From: an uncultured virus (IMG/VR IMGVR_UViG_3300035497_000625)
Taxonomy: Duplodnaviria; Heunggongvirae; Uroviricota; Caudoviricetes
IMG/VR virus record: IMGVR_UViG_3300035497_000625
DNA: 64,000 nucleotides
Direction: 5' to 3' (one strand)
Shown here one piece after another: positions 20,668 to 30,549 of this stretch; position 1 is the first letter of the stretch; every line of letters starts with the position of its first letter. The notes under the pieces were generated by a model, which searched no databases, was not told where the DNA came from, and saw only the letters and a program-made list of their open reading frames with translations. The position numbers were made by a program, and so were the translations under genes.

Positions 20668-20943
20668 ATGGCAAAGAAACCAATGTCTGAAAATTCAAGA
20701 AAGGTACTACAATTTCTAAAGGATAACTACGGTACAAAGTTTACCTGCAAGGATGTTATGACTGCACTAGGCTTTGAAAAGGCTGGTTCTGTTACTGGTT
20801 CTGTTACTGGTCTAGCTAAGAAGGGTCTAGTTGATAAGTCAACAGAAACAGTTGAAGTTGATGGTAAGCAAAAGGAAGTTAAGTATTTCCAACTAAATGA
20901 AGCTGGTCTAAATTACGATCCAGATGCTCAGGTAGAAGAGTAA
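20668..20943 (+). CDS. Small winged-helix DNA-binding protein
   Basis: VLQFLK...FTCKDV..ALG...SVTGSVTGLAKKGLV...YFQLNEAG, MarR-like wHTH pattern. Confidence 0.7.
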   Translation: MAKKPMSENSRKVLQFLKDNYGTKFTCKDVMTALGFEKAGSVTGSVTGLAKKGLVDKSTETVEVDGKQKEVKYFQLNEAGLNYDPDAQVEE

Positions 20944-20973
20944 TTAAATAGAGGGGACTTTCCCCTCTAATAT

Positions 20974-21044
20974 GCAGGTATAGTTCAACGGTAGAATGTG
21001 TGCTTCCCAAGCACAAGATGAGGTTTCGATTACCTCTACTTGCT
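20974..21044 (+). tRNA. tRNA-Gly(CCC)
   Basis: Acceptor GCAGGTA/TACTTGC, anticodon arm TGTGC-TTCCCAA-GCACA, T arm GAGGT-TTCGATT-ACCTC; no encoded CCA. Confidence 0.85.
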
Positions 21045-21050
21045 TTAAAT

Positions 21051-21123
21051 GAAATTGTAATTCAGTCGGAAGAATGCCAAACTTTTAATTTGGAAGTCGG
21101 GAGTTCAAATCTCCCCAGTTTCA
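21051..21123 (+). tRNA. tRNA-Lys(TTT)
   Basis: Acceptor GAAATTG/CAGTTTC, anticodon arm CCAAA-CTTTTAA-TTTGG, T arm GGGAG-TTCAAAT-CTCCC. Confidence 0.85.
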
Positions 21124-21180
21124 CTTAATTGATTTTTCCTATAGATTATGATATAATAATTATAGAAAATCAAGAGAAAT

Positions 21181-21252
21181 TAGAGAGTAGTCAAGTGGTG
21201 AGACAATAAATTTTGATTTTATGATACGTAGGTTCGAATCCTACCTCTCTAG
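21181..21252 (+). tRNA. tRNA-Gln(TTG)
   Basis: Acceptor TAGAGAG/CTCTCTA, anticodon arm ATAAA-TTTTGAT-TTTAT, T arm GTAGG-TTCGAAT-CCTAC; own upstream promoter. Confidence 0.85.
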
Positions 21253-21320
21253 CTTAGAGTTTATCTCTATAATGTAAAAAAAAATAAATGAATAAAGTGT
21301 TATCTTTGGAGGATATGTGT

Positions 21321-22223
21321 ATGTTAAATATTAGAACTAAGCAATGTGAAAATGTAGTTGAAATCGAAGGTATTTTAAAGGAATTAGAAGTAGACAAGAG
21401 AACAACTAATGATGGCAGAGATTATATTTCTGCAAAGGCAATAATTGGTGTTGACCAAGAAATTAAGGGTCAAGTTTACGAGGAAGAAATTCCTGTAAGA
21501 ATGTTCTCAATGAGATTGAAGAAGGATGGCGGCGAGAATCAAATCTATAATTCTATCGCTCAAATGGCAGAAGATTATACGTCTCTCGCGGCGGCAGATG
21601 AACCATCTCAAGCAGATAGAGTAATAATTAATCGTGGTAAGCTTGAAGAAAATCTTTGGGTAGATCCATCAACTAAGATGGAACGTACAGGTTGGCAAGT
21701 ATCAACTAATTTCATTTCCAAGAAGAGTAAGACAGCTCCTTTTGAACAAAGAGCTAAGTTCCAAATGACTTGTGTTGTTGGTAACGATATCGATGAGGAA
21801 TATGATAAGGAAGGTAATCCAACTGGTAGACTAATTCTTAAAGCAATTGTAATAGGTTATAATGGTAAGGCAGATATCATTGATGTATATATTACAGATG
21901 AGAATGCAAAGAATCACGTTAAGACTTATTGGAACAAGGGCGATACAGTTAAGATAGCTGGTTACATTGTTTATAGTCAAACAGTTGAAACTTATAAGGA
22001 AGAGATGGGATTTGGTGAGGATATAACTCGTACAAGAACTAAGACTTCTAAGGAATTAATTCTTGCTTCTGGTTCAAAGAGTGGTCTTGAAGAGGAATTT
22101 TCTTACGATGCAGATGATATAAAGGTTGTTCTTAGTGAAAGAAAGGGTAGAATTGAAGCGATGAAGAATAAGAGTTCTGCTCCAAAGCCTAAGAAGAATG
22201 ATATGAATGATTTTGGATTCTAA
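21321..22223 (+). CDS. Probable single-stranded DNA-binding protein
   Basis: Two OB-fold-like halves (NVVEIEGIL, KGDTVKIAG), acidic/aromatic tail DMNDFGF, upstream of a Sak4-like ATPase. Confidence 0.6.
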   Translation: MLNIRTKQCENVVEIEGILKELEVDKRTTNDGRDYISAKAIIGVDQEIKGQVYEEEIPVRMFSMRLKKDGGENQIYNSIAQMAEDYTSLAAADEPSQADRVIINRGKLEENLWVDPSTKMERTGWQVSTNFISKKSKTAPFEQRAKFQMTCVVGNDIDEEYDKEGNPTGRLILKAIVIGYNGKADIIDVYITDENAKNHVKTYWNKGDTVKIAGYIVYSQTVETYKEEMGFGEDITRTRTKTSKELILASGSKSGLEEEFSYDADDIKVVLSERKGRIEAMKNKSSAPKPKKNDMNDFGF

Positions 22224-22319
22224 TGGAAGTAAATGCAATAGAGGTAATCCCTCTATTGCTTAAATTTAAGATTTTTAAGTTTAAAATGAGAGTTATATGT
22301 TTAGTTTGGAGGATATTAT

Positions 22320-23270
22320 ATGATAGATTTAATGAATTTAGAACCACAAGTTATTAGTAAAAATCTTAAAGGTAAGTTTACTTTGGTTTACGGACTTCCA
22401 AAAGTAGGCAAGACAACATTAGTTTCAAAATTTGAAAAATGTTTGTTATGTTCTTTTGAACCCGGTAGTAATGCGTTAAATAATGTGTATGTTCAGCCCG
22501 TAAAAAGCTGGGATGAATTTAAACAATTAATTAAACAAGCTAAAATGCCTCAAGTTCAAGAAAAGTTTAATACACTTGGTATTGATACTTGCGATATAGC
22601 GTGGGAAGCTTGTGTAAAATGGATTTGTAATCAAAATGGTGTAGAAAAGTTAGGTGATATTCCTTATGGTCAAGGTTATGATATGGCTTCTAAGGAATTT
22701 CAAAGAGCATTTTATGATTTAGCTTTTCTCGGTTATGGTTTAATTTTCGTTTCTCACTCAACAGAAAAGACATTTAAAGACGAAAAAGGCGAGGAATATA
22801 CTCAAATTGTTCCAGCGTTGCCAACTCGTCCTTACAATATCATTAATAAAATGGTTGATATAATTGCTTATATCCGCCGCATAAAAGTTAATGATAATGA
22901 AGAAAAAGCTTATATGTTCTTTAGAGGAAACGACAGATTCTTGGCTGGTTCAAGATACAAATACATGGTTGATAAAATTGAATTTTCTTATGAGAATTTT
23001 GTTAATTCAATCTATGATGCTATTGATAAACAAGCCGCTGAAACTGGAGATACAGCTACCAATGAAGTTAATCCATACTATGAAAAATCATTTGATGATT
23101 TGATGAATGAAGCAAAAGAAATATGGTCTAGTATGATAAAAGTCAATAGACAAAATGAAGTATTAGAAATTTTAAATAAAGTATTTGGAAAGGAGACGAA
23201 ATTCTCTCAGATTACTGAAGATGATAAAGATTTATTATCTAAGGCTCTTGACCAAATTAAAGAATTATAG
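22320..23270 (+). CDS. Sak4-like AAA_24 ATPase / ssDNA annealing protein
   Basis: VYGLPKVGKTT, FEPG, IDTCD, YGQGY, FVSH. Confidence 0.8.
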   Translation: MIDLMNLEPQVISKNLKGKFTLVYGLPKVGKTTLVSKFEKCLLCSFEPGSNALNNVYVQPVKSWDEFKQLIKQAKMPQVQEKFNTLGIDTCDIAWEACVKWICNQNGVEKLGDIPYGQGYDMASKEFQRAFYDLAFLGYGLIFVSHSTEKTFKDEKGEEYTQIVPALPTRPYNIINKMVDIIAYIRRIKVNDNEEKAYMFFRGNDRFLAGSRYKYMVDKIEFSYENFVNSIYDAIDKQAAETGDTATNEVNPYYEKSFDDLMNEAKEIWSSMIKVNRQNEVLEILNKVFGKETKFSQITEDDKDLLSKALDQIKEL

Positions 23271-23346
23271 AATTTAATTCTTTGAGATTTAAAGGGAGAA
23301 GTCTTTAGGATTTCTCCCTATTTTTGTTATAAAACGGAGGATTCGA

Positions 23347-24543
23347 ATGAAGATAGGAATTATAGACTCATGTGTATTATTAGATTTCCCAAATGTTATA
23401 GATGACTATGAACAACCAATTTTAACATTAGGCGTATTAAGAGAATTAGATGGATTAAAAAATAATCTAAATCAAGAAACTGCTTTTAATGCTAGAAGAG
23501 CTGCAATTAAAATCAGTAGGAATATGGATAAAATTCAATTTGATACAGTTACTAGAAATGATGCTGTTGATTTACAATTGATTTCCGCCGCGAAAGATTA
23601 TGATGTTCCAATTGTAACTAATGATATATATTTAAAAGTACAAGCTCAAGCACAAAATGTGACTGCTATTGGTTATAGTAAATCAGATGATTATGAAGGT
23701 ATTGTAACTGTAGTACTAGAGACAGATGAAAATTTATATAGTGCAGAATTAGAATCAATTTTAAATAATGAACATGGAAATATTATTAATAATGAGCAAA
23801 TTTACGAAAATGAATTTGTACTTTTTAAAAATCAAAATGATGAAATCTTGGATTTAAGACAATATCGTAAAGGAAATTACATTCCTGTTCATAAGCACGT
23901 AATTAATAGTTTTGAGGAAGTAAAAGGCAGAAACAAAGAACAAGATTGCTTATTGCAATTATTAAATACCCCATCAATTACAATTGTCGCGGCGATAGGT
24001 AATTATGGCAGTGGAAAAAGCTGGTTGTTAAATAACTATGCAATGCAAGAGTTATTAAAAAATCGCATTGATAAAATAGTTTATATTCCTAATAACGCTT
24101 ATACTGAAAACGCCATGGAATTAGGTTTTCTCCCTGGAGATGCTAATGATAAAGCATTACCTTCTATTGGTCCATTAATTGATTTAATCGGTGCAGATTA
24201 CGTTCAAGGTTATTTAGATAAGGGGCAATTAGAAATAGTTCCTCTTGGCTATATTCGTGGACGTAGTTTTAAAAATAGCATTATAATTGCCAATGAAGCA
24301 CAGAATTTAACAGAAGACCATTTAAAACTATTAATCGGACGTTGTGGAGAAAATACTCGAATTTTCTTTGACGGAGATATTAAACAAGCCGATAGTCAAC
24401 TTTTCAGAAATAAAAACGGATTAAGAATTTTATCTCAATTAAGAAAGTCCTCACAATTTGCATCTATTTTTGGTATGGTTAAACTTTCATCAAATGAACG
24501 TAGCTTAACTGCTTCTGCCGCCCAATATTTAGATGAATGTTAA
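23347..24543 (+). CDS. phoH: PIN-PhoH (PhoH2-like) protein
   Basis: N-terminal PIN (IIDSCVLL, ELDGLK, VTND); PhoH GNYGSGKS, LGFLPG, RGRSF, EAQN, GDIKQAD. Confidence 0.88.
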   Translation: MKIGIIDSCVLLDFPNVIDDYEQPILTLGVLRELDGLKNNLNQETAFNARRAAIKISRNMDKIQFDTVTRNDAVDLQLISAAKDYDVPIVTNDIYLKVQAQAQNVTAIGYSKSDDYEGIVTVVLETDENLYSAELESILNNEHGNIINNEQIYENEFVLFKNQNDEILDLRQYRKGNYIPVHKHVINSFEEVKGRNKEQDCLLQLLNTPSITIVAAIGNYGSGKSWLLNNYAMQELLKNRIDKIVYIPNNAYTENAMELGFLPGDANDKALPSIGPLIDLIGADYVQGYLDKGQLEIVPLGYIRGRSFKNSIIIANEAQNLTEDHLKLLIGRCGENTRIFFDGDIKQADSQLFRNKNGLRILSQLRKSSQFASIFGMVKLSSNERSLTASAAQYLDEC

Positions 24544-24609
24544 AGTTGACTTTTCTTTTGATCTATGATATAATTATTATAGTAAAAAAGAGGAAAGGTG
24601 ATTAAAGAT

Positions 24610-25128
24610 ATGAGTAGAATTGCACAAGAGCAAATAGAACAAATATATGTTCTATATGAAAAAATGCATAATAAGAGTGCTGTCGCAAAAGAGTTGGGGA
24701 TTTCAGTAGGAACAGTAACTCGTTATTTAAATCAAGACCCACAAGCAATTAAAGTTCAACAGCAATTAGCAAACGATAAAAAAGAACTAGTTGATTATAT
24801 AATTTTATTATTTCATGAAGATATATCTAAGTGGAATTTAACACAAATAGAAAAATTTCGCAAACAAGGAATTACATACAAACAAACATATCAAACATTA
24901 AAATATTTTTATGAAATAAGAAAAATGCCAATTACAAAGAAAACAATAGGAATAGTGCCTCATGTTATTGATGAGGCACGAGCCTACTGGGAAGGACAAA
25001 GACAAAAGCAAAATGATTTTCAAGAAGCAATTGAAAAGCAAAACGAACAAGAAAAAATTACAGTTCAAATTTCTCCGCAAAAACGACATAAAAAGATTAA
25101 AAAGACAATTGATTTAAACGAAATATAA
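24610..25128 (+). CDS. HTH-domain protein upstream of the helicase
   Basis: KSAVAKELGISVGTVTRYL helix-turn-helix; IGIVP motif. Confidence 0.65.
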   Translation: MSRIAQEQIEQIYVLYEKMHNKSAVAKELGISVGTVTRYLNQDPQAIKVQQQLANDKKELVDYIILLFHEDISKWNLTQIEKFRKQGITYKQTYQTLKYFYEIRKMPITKKTIGIVPHVIDEARAYWEGQRQKQNDFQEAIEKQNEQEKITVQISPQKRHKKIKKTIDLNEI

Positions 25129-25141
25129 AGGAGGGCTTTAG

Positions 25142-26236
25142 GTGATAAAAACAGATAAATATATAATTCTCCAAGTTCTTGGAGATTTAATGAAAAAGCC
25201 TTCTTTATTAGGTCTTATAGACCAATATAATATAACCGTAGGCGATTTTGAAAGTCAATTAGAAAAATATTGTTTTTCAGCAATATATAATTTATACGTG
25301 AATGATGCAGAAATAGTTAGTGAAATTGATATTGATAATTATTTAAAAGATAATCCCGCAATTTATGCAGTTTTTCAAGAACAAAAAGGAATTGAATTTT
25401 TGCAAGATGCACTTGATGTGTCACAGCCAGAAAATTTTAATTATTATTATAATAAATTAAAGAAATTTAATTTGCTAAGAGATTTAAATAAGTTAGGTTA
25501 TAAGACAAATCATATTTATTGTGAAGATATATTAAATCCAAAACAAAAAAAGATTAATGAAAAATTTGAAACTTTAACAGTAAAGAATATTTTATCAATA
25601 GTAAAAGGTAATGTAGCGGAGCTTGAAAGTAATTATTTATTTGGTTCTGAAGTTGAAATTGAGAAAATTACAAAAAATGCTAGAGAATTATTAAATAATT
25701 TATGCCAAACTCCTGAAGTTGGCGCTCCGTTACAAGGAGATATTTATAATACAATATGTCGTGGAGCGAGAAAAGGAAAAATGTATCTTCAGACGAGTCC
25801 AACTAATACGGGCAAATCGAGGATTATGGTTTCACAAGCTTGTTATTTAGCATATCCGATACGCTTCGACTCATCTATTGGTCAGTGGGTAGCTACTGGT
25901 TCGTGTGAAAAAGTCCTGTTCATAGGAACAGAGCAAGATGTTGATGAATATCAAACAATGATTTGGTCATATTTAACAGATATTAATGAAGATAAATATA
26001 CATATGGCTTATTAAATGATGAAGAAAAACAAAGAACGGAAATTGCAATTCAAATAATTGAATTATTTTCTGATAACTTTATATTTGTTCGCGTAAGCGA
26101 TCCTAGTATTGCACAAATAAAGACAATTATAAGACAAAATGTTTTAAAATATGGAATTGAAAATATATTTTATGATTATATTTTTAGTTCTCCAAATTTA
26201 TTAGGAGAGTTTAGAGATTTAGGAATTCGTGAGGAT
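25142..26236 (+). CDS. dnaB: Replicative DnaB-like helicase, exon 1
   Basis: Walker A SPTNTGKS, LFIGTEQ, Walker B IFYDYI; ends GIRED. Confidence 0.88.
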
Positions 26237-26590
26237 AAACTTGTAATGTCCTTAAAATAACTTTTCCACTAATCAGTGGGGTCACATAAGTGGCTATCGG
26301 TATCAGCTAAATAAGACTAGCGCAAATAGCGAGATGGCGCTATATCCCAAAGACGAATACGCTGACTAAGAAAACCTACGGTCTTTCGTAAGATAGCAGG
26401 TAATACCGAGGGAAAATTTTAGAAATAAAATAACCTGTAACGACTATCCCTTATCATGAGGGAGTAGGGATACTATTGATACGTATCTTGGTTTTAGGTA
26501 ACGAAGCCAATGAAAACCGAAAGAGTTATACGATATTGATTATATCGTGAAATATAGTCTATACTTCTTAGAAATAAGAAGATTTATATG
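26237..26590 (+). mobile_element. ORF-less group I intron in dnaB (354 nt)
   Basis: P1 GAGGAU/GUCCUU with U.G; P4 TCGGT/ACCGA; P7 GACTA/TAGTC; terminal G; in-frame splice gives RED-VALRMLS. Confidence 0.9.
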
Positions 26591-27331
26591 GTTGCACTTA
26601 GGATGCTATCAACCGCATTAAAGGATTTAGCAACTGAACTCGATGTATTTGTAATGACTTGTACACAAGCAAGTGGAGATTTAGACAATGAAAAAGGTAT
26701 TAAAGGATATAAATATATTAGAGGTTCAAAGGCAGTAGCTGATATGGCGGATGTAGGATATGTTACAACAAGAGTTAGTAAAGATGATGCAGAAATGATT
26801 AAAAAATTAAGTTCTCCTTTTGGTTATCTCCCCAATATAGTAACAGACGTTTATAAAGTTAGACGTGGACGTTGGATTGACGTTAGAATTTGGTCACGCA
26901 TTGATTTAGGAACTATGAGAAGAGAGGATATGTTCATTACAGATGCAAATTATTGTGAAGTTAAAGATTTCCAAATTATACGATTCGTTCCTCCAACAAA
27001 CAAATATTTTCAACAATTAGTAACAGAATTTAATAAAACTGCACCAATGGTTAATTTTGAAGAAATAAAAGGAATTGAATTTATAGAAGAGAAAATTAAT
27101 CAAACTCCTGTTGAATTAGAACAAGCAAATCAAGAGCAAGAAATTTTAGATCAATTAGAAAAAATTAATAGTAATTTAAATTTTGATGATGAGAAATGTG
27201 AATGTGATATTAAAGAAAGTGAGGAAGAGTTGTTAAATGAGTGTAGTTCTTTAATAAAAGAATCAATAGAACAAAGTCAAATGGACACTAAAGCTCGTAA
27301 GAAAAAAGCTATAGATAGTTGGGAATTGTAA
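26591..27331 (+). CDS. dnaB: DnaB-like helicase, exon 2
   Basis: LKDLATELDVFV..CTQ, IRGSKAVADMAD, KVRRG: conserved DnaB C-terminal motifs. Confidence 0.88.
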   Translation, partial: VALRMLSTALKDLATELDVFVMTCTQASGDLDNEKGIKGYKYIRGSKAVADMADVGYVTTRVSKDDAEMIKKLSSPFGYLPNIVTDVYKVRRGRWIDVRIWSRIDLGTMRREDMFITDANYCEVKDFQIIRFVPPTNKYFQQLVTEFNKTAPMVNFEEIKGIEFIEEKINQTPVELEQANQEQEILDQLEKINSNLNFDDEKCECDIKESEEELLNECSSLIKESIEQSQMDTKARKKKAIDSWEL

Positions 27332-27343
27332 AGGAGAGATTAA

Positions 27344-28402
27344 ATGGATAATGAATTAAGAATTTTAAGAGATGAGTTAGACTCTGACCGAATAATTGAA
27401 TTAGTTTATTATCTCGGCGCAGATAGACATATGGAAACAAATGATGCGATTATCTTTCCAACAATCTGTCACAACTATGATACAGAAGAAGCGAGTATGA
27501 AATTATATTATTATAAAAATACAAAATTATTTCATTGTTATAGTGGTTGTGATGAGACTTTTGATATTTACGAACTTTTTGAAAAACGATATAGTTTGTT
27601 ACATAAGAAATATGATTTTTATAAAGACGTATTATTAATAATTAACAAAGATTATAGACAATCAATGTTGACTGATTTTGCAGACATTCCATATGAAAGA
27701 ATTAGCGATAAATATGCAAGAAAAATTCAGTCAATTAAATTAAAACATTATAACCCAAATGTATTATCAGTGTTCAATAAATATTATCCAGTAGAATGGC
27801 TTGAAGATGGAATATCAAAAGATGCTATGGATAAATTTAATATACTCTATTCAATTTCTCGTAATAAAATAATCATTCCCCATTATGATAAAGATAATAA
27901 TTTAATAGGTATTCGCGCGCGTTCTTTAAATGAAGAAGACATAGTTATCGGTAAATATATGCCGATTAAAATAGAAAAAACATTATATTCTCATCCTTTA
28001 GCATATAATTTATATGGATTAAACTTCAATAGTAAAGCGATAAAAGATAGTGGTTTTGCTATTGTTTATGAAAGTGAAAAAGCAGTGTTAATGCAAGAAG
28101 GTATTTTTAATAATAATTCTGTTGCAGTTTGCGGCAGTAATTTTAATAAATATCAAATCCAATTATTAATGGATGCTGGAGCGCGAGAAATTATCATAGC
28201 TTTTGATAAAGAATTTACAAATCGACAAGAACGAGATAAATATTTTCAAAAGTTATGGGATAAATGTGTACGATATAAGAATTACTGTCAAATGAGCTTT
28301 ATATTAGATGATTATGGTTTATTAAATCATAAAGATTCTCCTATTGATAGAGGTCAAGAGAAGTTAATTCAATTAATTAAAAATAGAATTAAGGTAGGTT
28401 AG
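27344..28402 (+). CDS. dnaG: DNA primase (zinc-binding + TOPRIM)
   Basis: TICHN...FHCYSGC, IIIPH, LYGL, YESEK, IAFD. Confidence 0.85.
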   Translation: MDNELRILRDELDSDRIIELVYYLGADRHMETNDAIIFPTICHNYDTEEASMKLYYYKNTKLFHCYSGCDETFDIYELFEKRYSLLHKKYDFYKDVLLIINKDYRQSMLTDFADIPYERISDKYARKIQSIKLKHYNPNVLSVFNKYYPVEWLEDGISKDAMDKFNILYSISRNKIIIPHYDKDNNLIGIRARSLNEEDIVIGKYMPIKIEKTLYSHPLAYNLYGLNFNSKAIKDSGFAIVYESEKAVLMQEGIFNNNSVAVCGSNFNKYQIQLLMDAGAREIIIAFDKEFTNRQERDKYFQKLWDKCVRYKNYCQMSFILDDYGLLNHKDSPIDRGQEKLIQLIKNRIKVG

Positions 28403-28406
28403 TTAA

Positions 28407-30152
28407 ATGCAATATATACAAAAAAAAGTTAGACAAGATGTTAATGATAACTTTCTTTTTAATTTATTAGTTGATAGAGGTATCATTAATAATTCAGAAG
28501 AGGAATTTAAACAATTTTTATATCCCTCTAAAGAAAATTTACTAGATCCATATTTGTTGGATAATATTGGTGAAGGTGCTGATTTATTAATTAAGCATTT
28601 GAATAATGATAGTAAAATTCTTATTATTCAAGACTGTGACCAAGACGGCATAACATCTGCATCTGCTTTATGGAATTATATTAAGAAGTATAAACCTGAT
28701 ACGAGTTTATCTTATAAACTCCATGAAGGCAAACAACATGGTCTAGAAGATCAAATGGAAGATTTACAAGATTCTAAGCAATTTGATTTAATAATATTAC
28801 CAGACTCTTCAAGTAATGATTATGAATATCATAAAATTTTAAAAGAGGCTGGATATGATATATTAGTACTTGATCACCACGAAGCTCCACATTATAGTGA
28901 AGATGCTATTGTTATAAATAATCAATTGAGTCAAAATTATCCAAATAAACAGCTAACAGGCGCGAGTGTCGTATATAAATTCCTTTGTGTACTTGATGAA
29001 AAATTGGGAATTGACAATGCAGATTATTATCTTGATCTTGCGGCAGTAGGATCAATAGGTGATATGGCACAAGTTACAACATTAGAAAATCGTTTTATTA
29101 ATGCCTGGGGTTTAAGCCATATTAATAATCCTGCATTAAGAGAATTAATTGAAAAACAATCTTTCTCTATTGGTAATACTTCAAATTTAACACCAAATGA
29201 CATAAGTTTTTATATAACACCAATAGTAAATGCTCTTATTAGAGTTGGTAGTATGCGAGAAAAGGAAATTTTGTTTGAAGCATTTGTAGATGGAGATAAA
29301 ATGGTTCAGTCCACAAAGCGTGGTGCAAAAGCTGGTCAATTTGAATGTTTAGCTGAACAAAGCGCCCGAAATTGTGTTAATGCTAGAGCTAGACAAAATA
29401 GAGAAAAGGAAAAAGGAATTGAAGCTTTAGAGATTCAAATTTTTAATAATAACTTAGATGAAAATAAAATTTTAGTTGTAGATGCTTCTGATTTACATAC
29501 AAGTACAACATTAACTGGATTAATGGCAATGAATATCGCCGCAACTCATAAAAAACCAACATTATTAGGTAGACAATGTTCTGATGGCTATTTCCGCGGC
29601 TCAATGAGAGGATTAAATGATAGTGAATTGCAAGATTTTAAAGCATTTTTAGATTCAAGTAATTATATGGAATATGTAGAGGGACATAAAAATGCGGCAG
29701 GATTTGGAATAAAAACTTCACAAATTAATAAGTTAATTCAATATGCAAATAAAGAACTAGAGTCTATTGATTTTAATAGTGGTTTTTATGAAGTGGACTA
29801 TATAGTTAATGGTAATTCTGCTAAATTAAAAAAGATGATATTAGAATTAGGTGAAGCATCAAATCTATGGGGACAAGGCAATCCTGAAGGATTAATTTTG
29901 ATCGAGAACGTTCCTATAGAAAAGTATGATGTGATTGGTAAAAATGCTGATACACTTAAATTTACATTTAATAATACCACTTATATTCAATTTAAAGCAA
30001 CAGATACAATAGAGAAAATTCAGCAGATGAATGGTGCATTCAATGCTACTGTTGTAGGTAAACCAAATATAAACAATTGGAATGGTGTGAGTACACCTCA
30101 AATATTAATAGAAAATATGGAGTTTAAAGAAATTTCTAATTTAGATTTCTAA
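28407..30152 (+). CDS. recJ: RecJ-like ssDNA exonuclease (DHH)
   Basis: DCDQDG, HGL, LDHH, GDM, GSMR, GHKNAAG. Confidence 0.9.
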   Translation: MQYIQKKVRQDVNDNFLFNLLVDRGIINNSEEEFKQFLYPSKENLLDPYLLDNIGEGADLLIKHLNNDSKILIIQDCDQDGITSASALWNYIKKYKPDTSLSYKLHEGKQHGLEDQMEDLQDSKQFDLIILPDSSSNDYEYHKILKEAGYDILVLDHHEAPHYSEDAIVINNQLSQNYPNKQLTGASVVYKFLCVLDEKLGIDNADYYLDLAAVGSIGDMAQVTTLENRFINAWGLSHINNPALRELIEKQSFSIGNTSNLTPNDISFYITPIVNALIRVGSMREKEILFEAFVDGDKMVQSTKRGAKAGQFECLAEQSARNCVNARARQNREKEKGIEALEIQIFNNNLDENKILVVDASDLHTSTTLTGLMAMNIAATHKKPTLLGRQCSDGYFRGSMRGLNDSELQDFKAFLDSSNYMEYVEGHKNAAGFGIKTSQINKLIQYANKELESIDFNSGFYEVDYIVNGNSAKLKKMILELGEASNLWGQGNPEGLILIENVPIEKYDVIGKNADTLKFTFNNTTYIQFKATDTIEKIQQMNGAFNATVVGKPNINNWNGVSTPQILIENMEFKEISNLDF

Positions 30153-30226
30153 TTCCTATTGATTTTTACCAGAAAGTATGATATAATATATATAGAAAAT
30201 GAGAAAAGACCTCAGGAGGATTTAAT

Positions 30227-30451
30227 ATGGAAGAGAATATGATTATTGGAGCAGAACTTTTAGAGAGAACAGAAAAGTATAGAATTGATTCAGAGGAAAT
30301 GGTTACGAAGTTTATTGAGCAAATTAAAGAAAATTCTTTTAAGGAGGGATATGAATTAGTATCATATGGTTCTGTTAAAAAAGAAAAGAAATCAAAAGGA
30401 GAAATAATTGATCAATATTGGGTTACATCAGTAAGAAAAAAATATAATTAA
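30227..30451 (+). CDS. Hypothetical protein (74 aa)
   Basis: AGGAGG RBS and own promoter. Confidence 0.7.
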   Translation: MEENMIIGAELLERTEKYRIDSEEMVTKFIEQIKENSFKEGYELVSYGSVKKEKKSKGEIIDQYWVTSVRKKYN

Positions 30452-30549
30452 AAGAAAGGAGAAAAGACAAGATAATTTAAAAATAAAAATTATCTTGTCT
30501 TTTTTTATAGAATATGATATAATATTTATAGTAAATAAAGAAATGGAGG

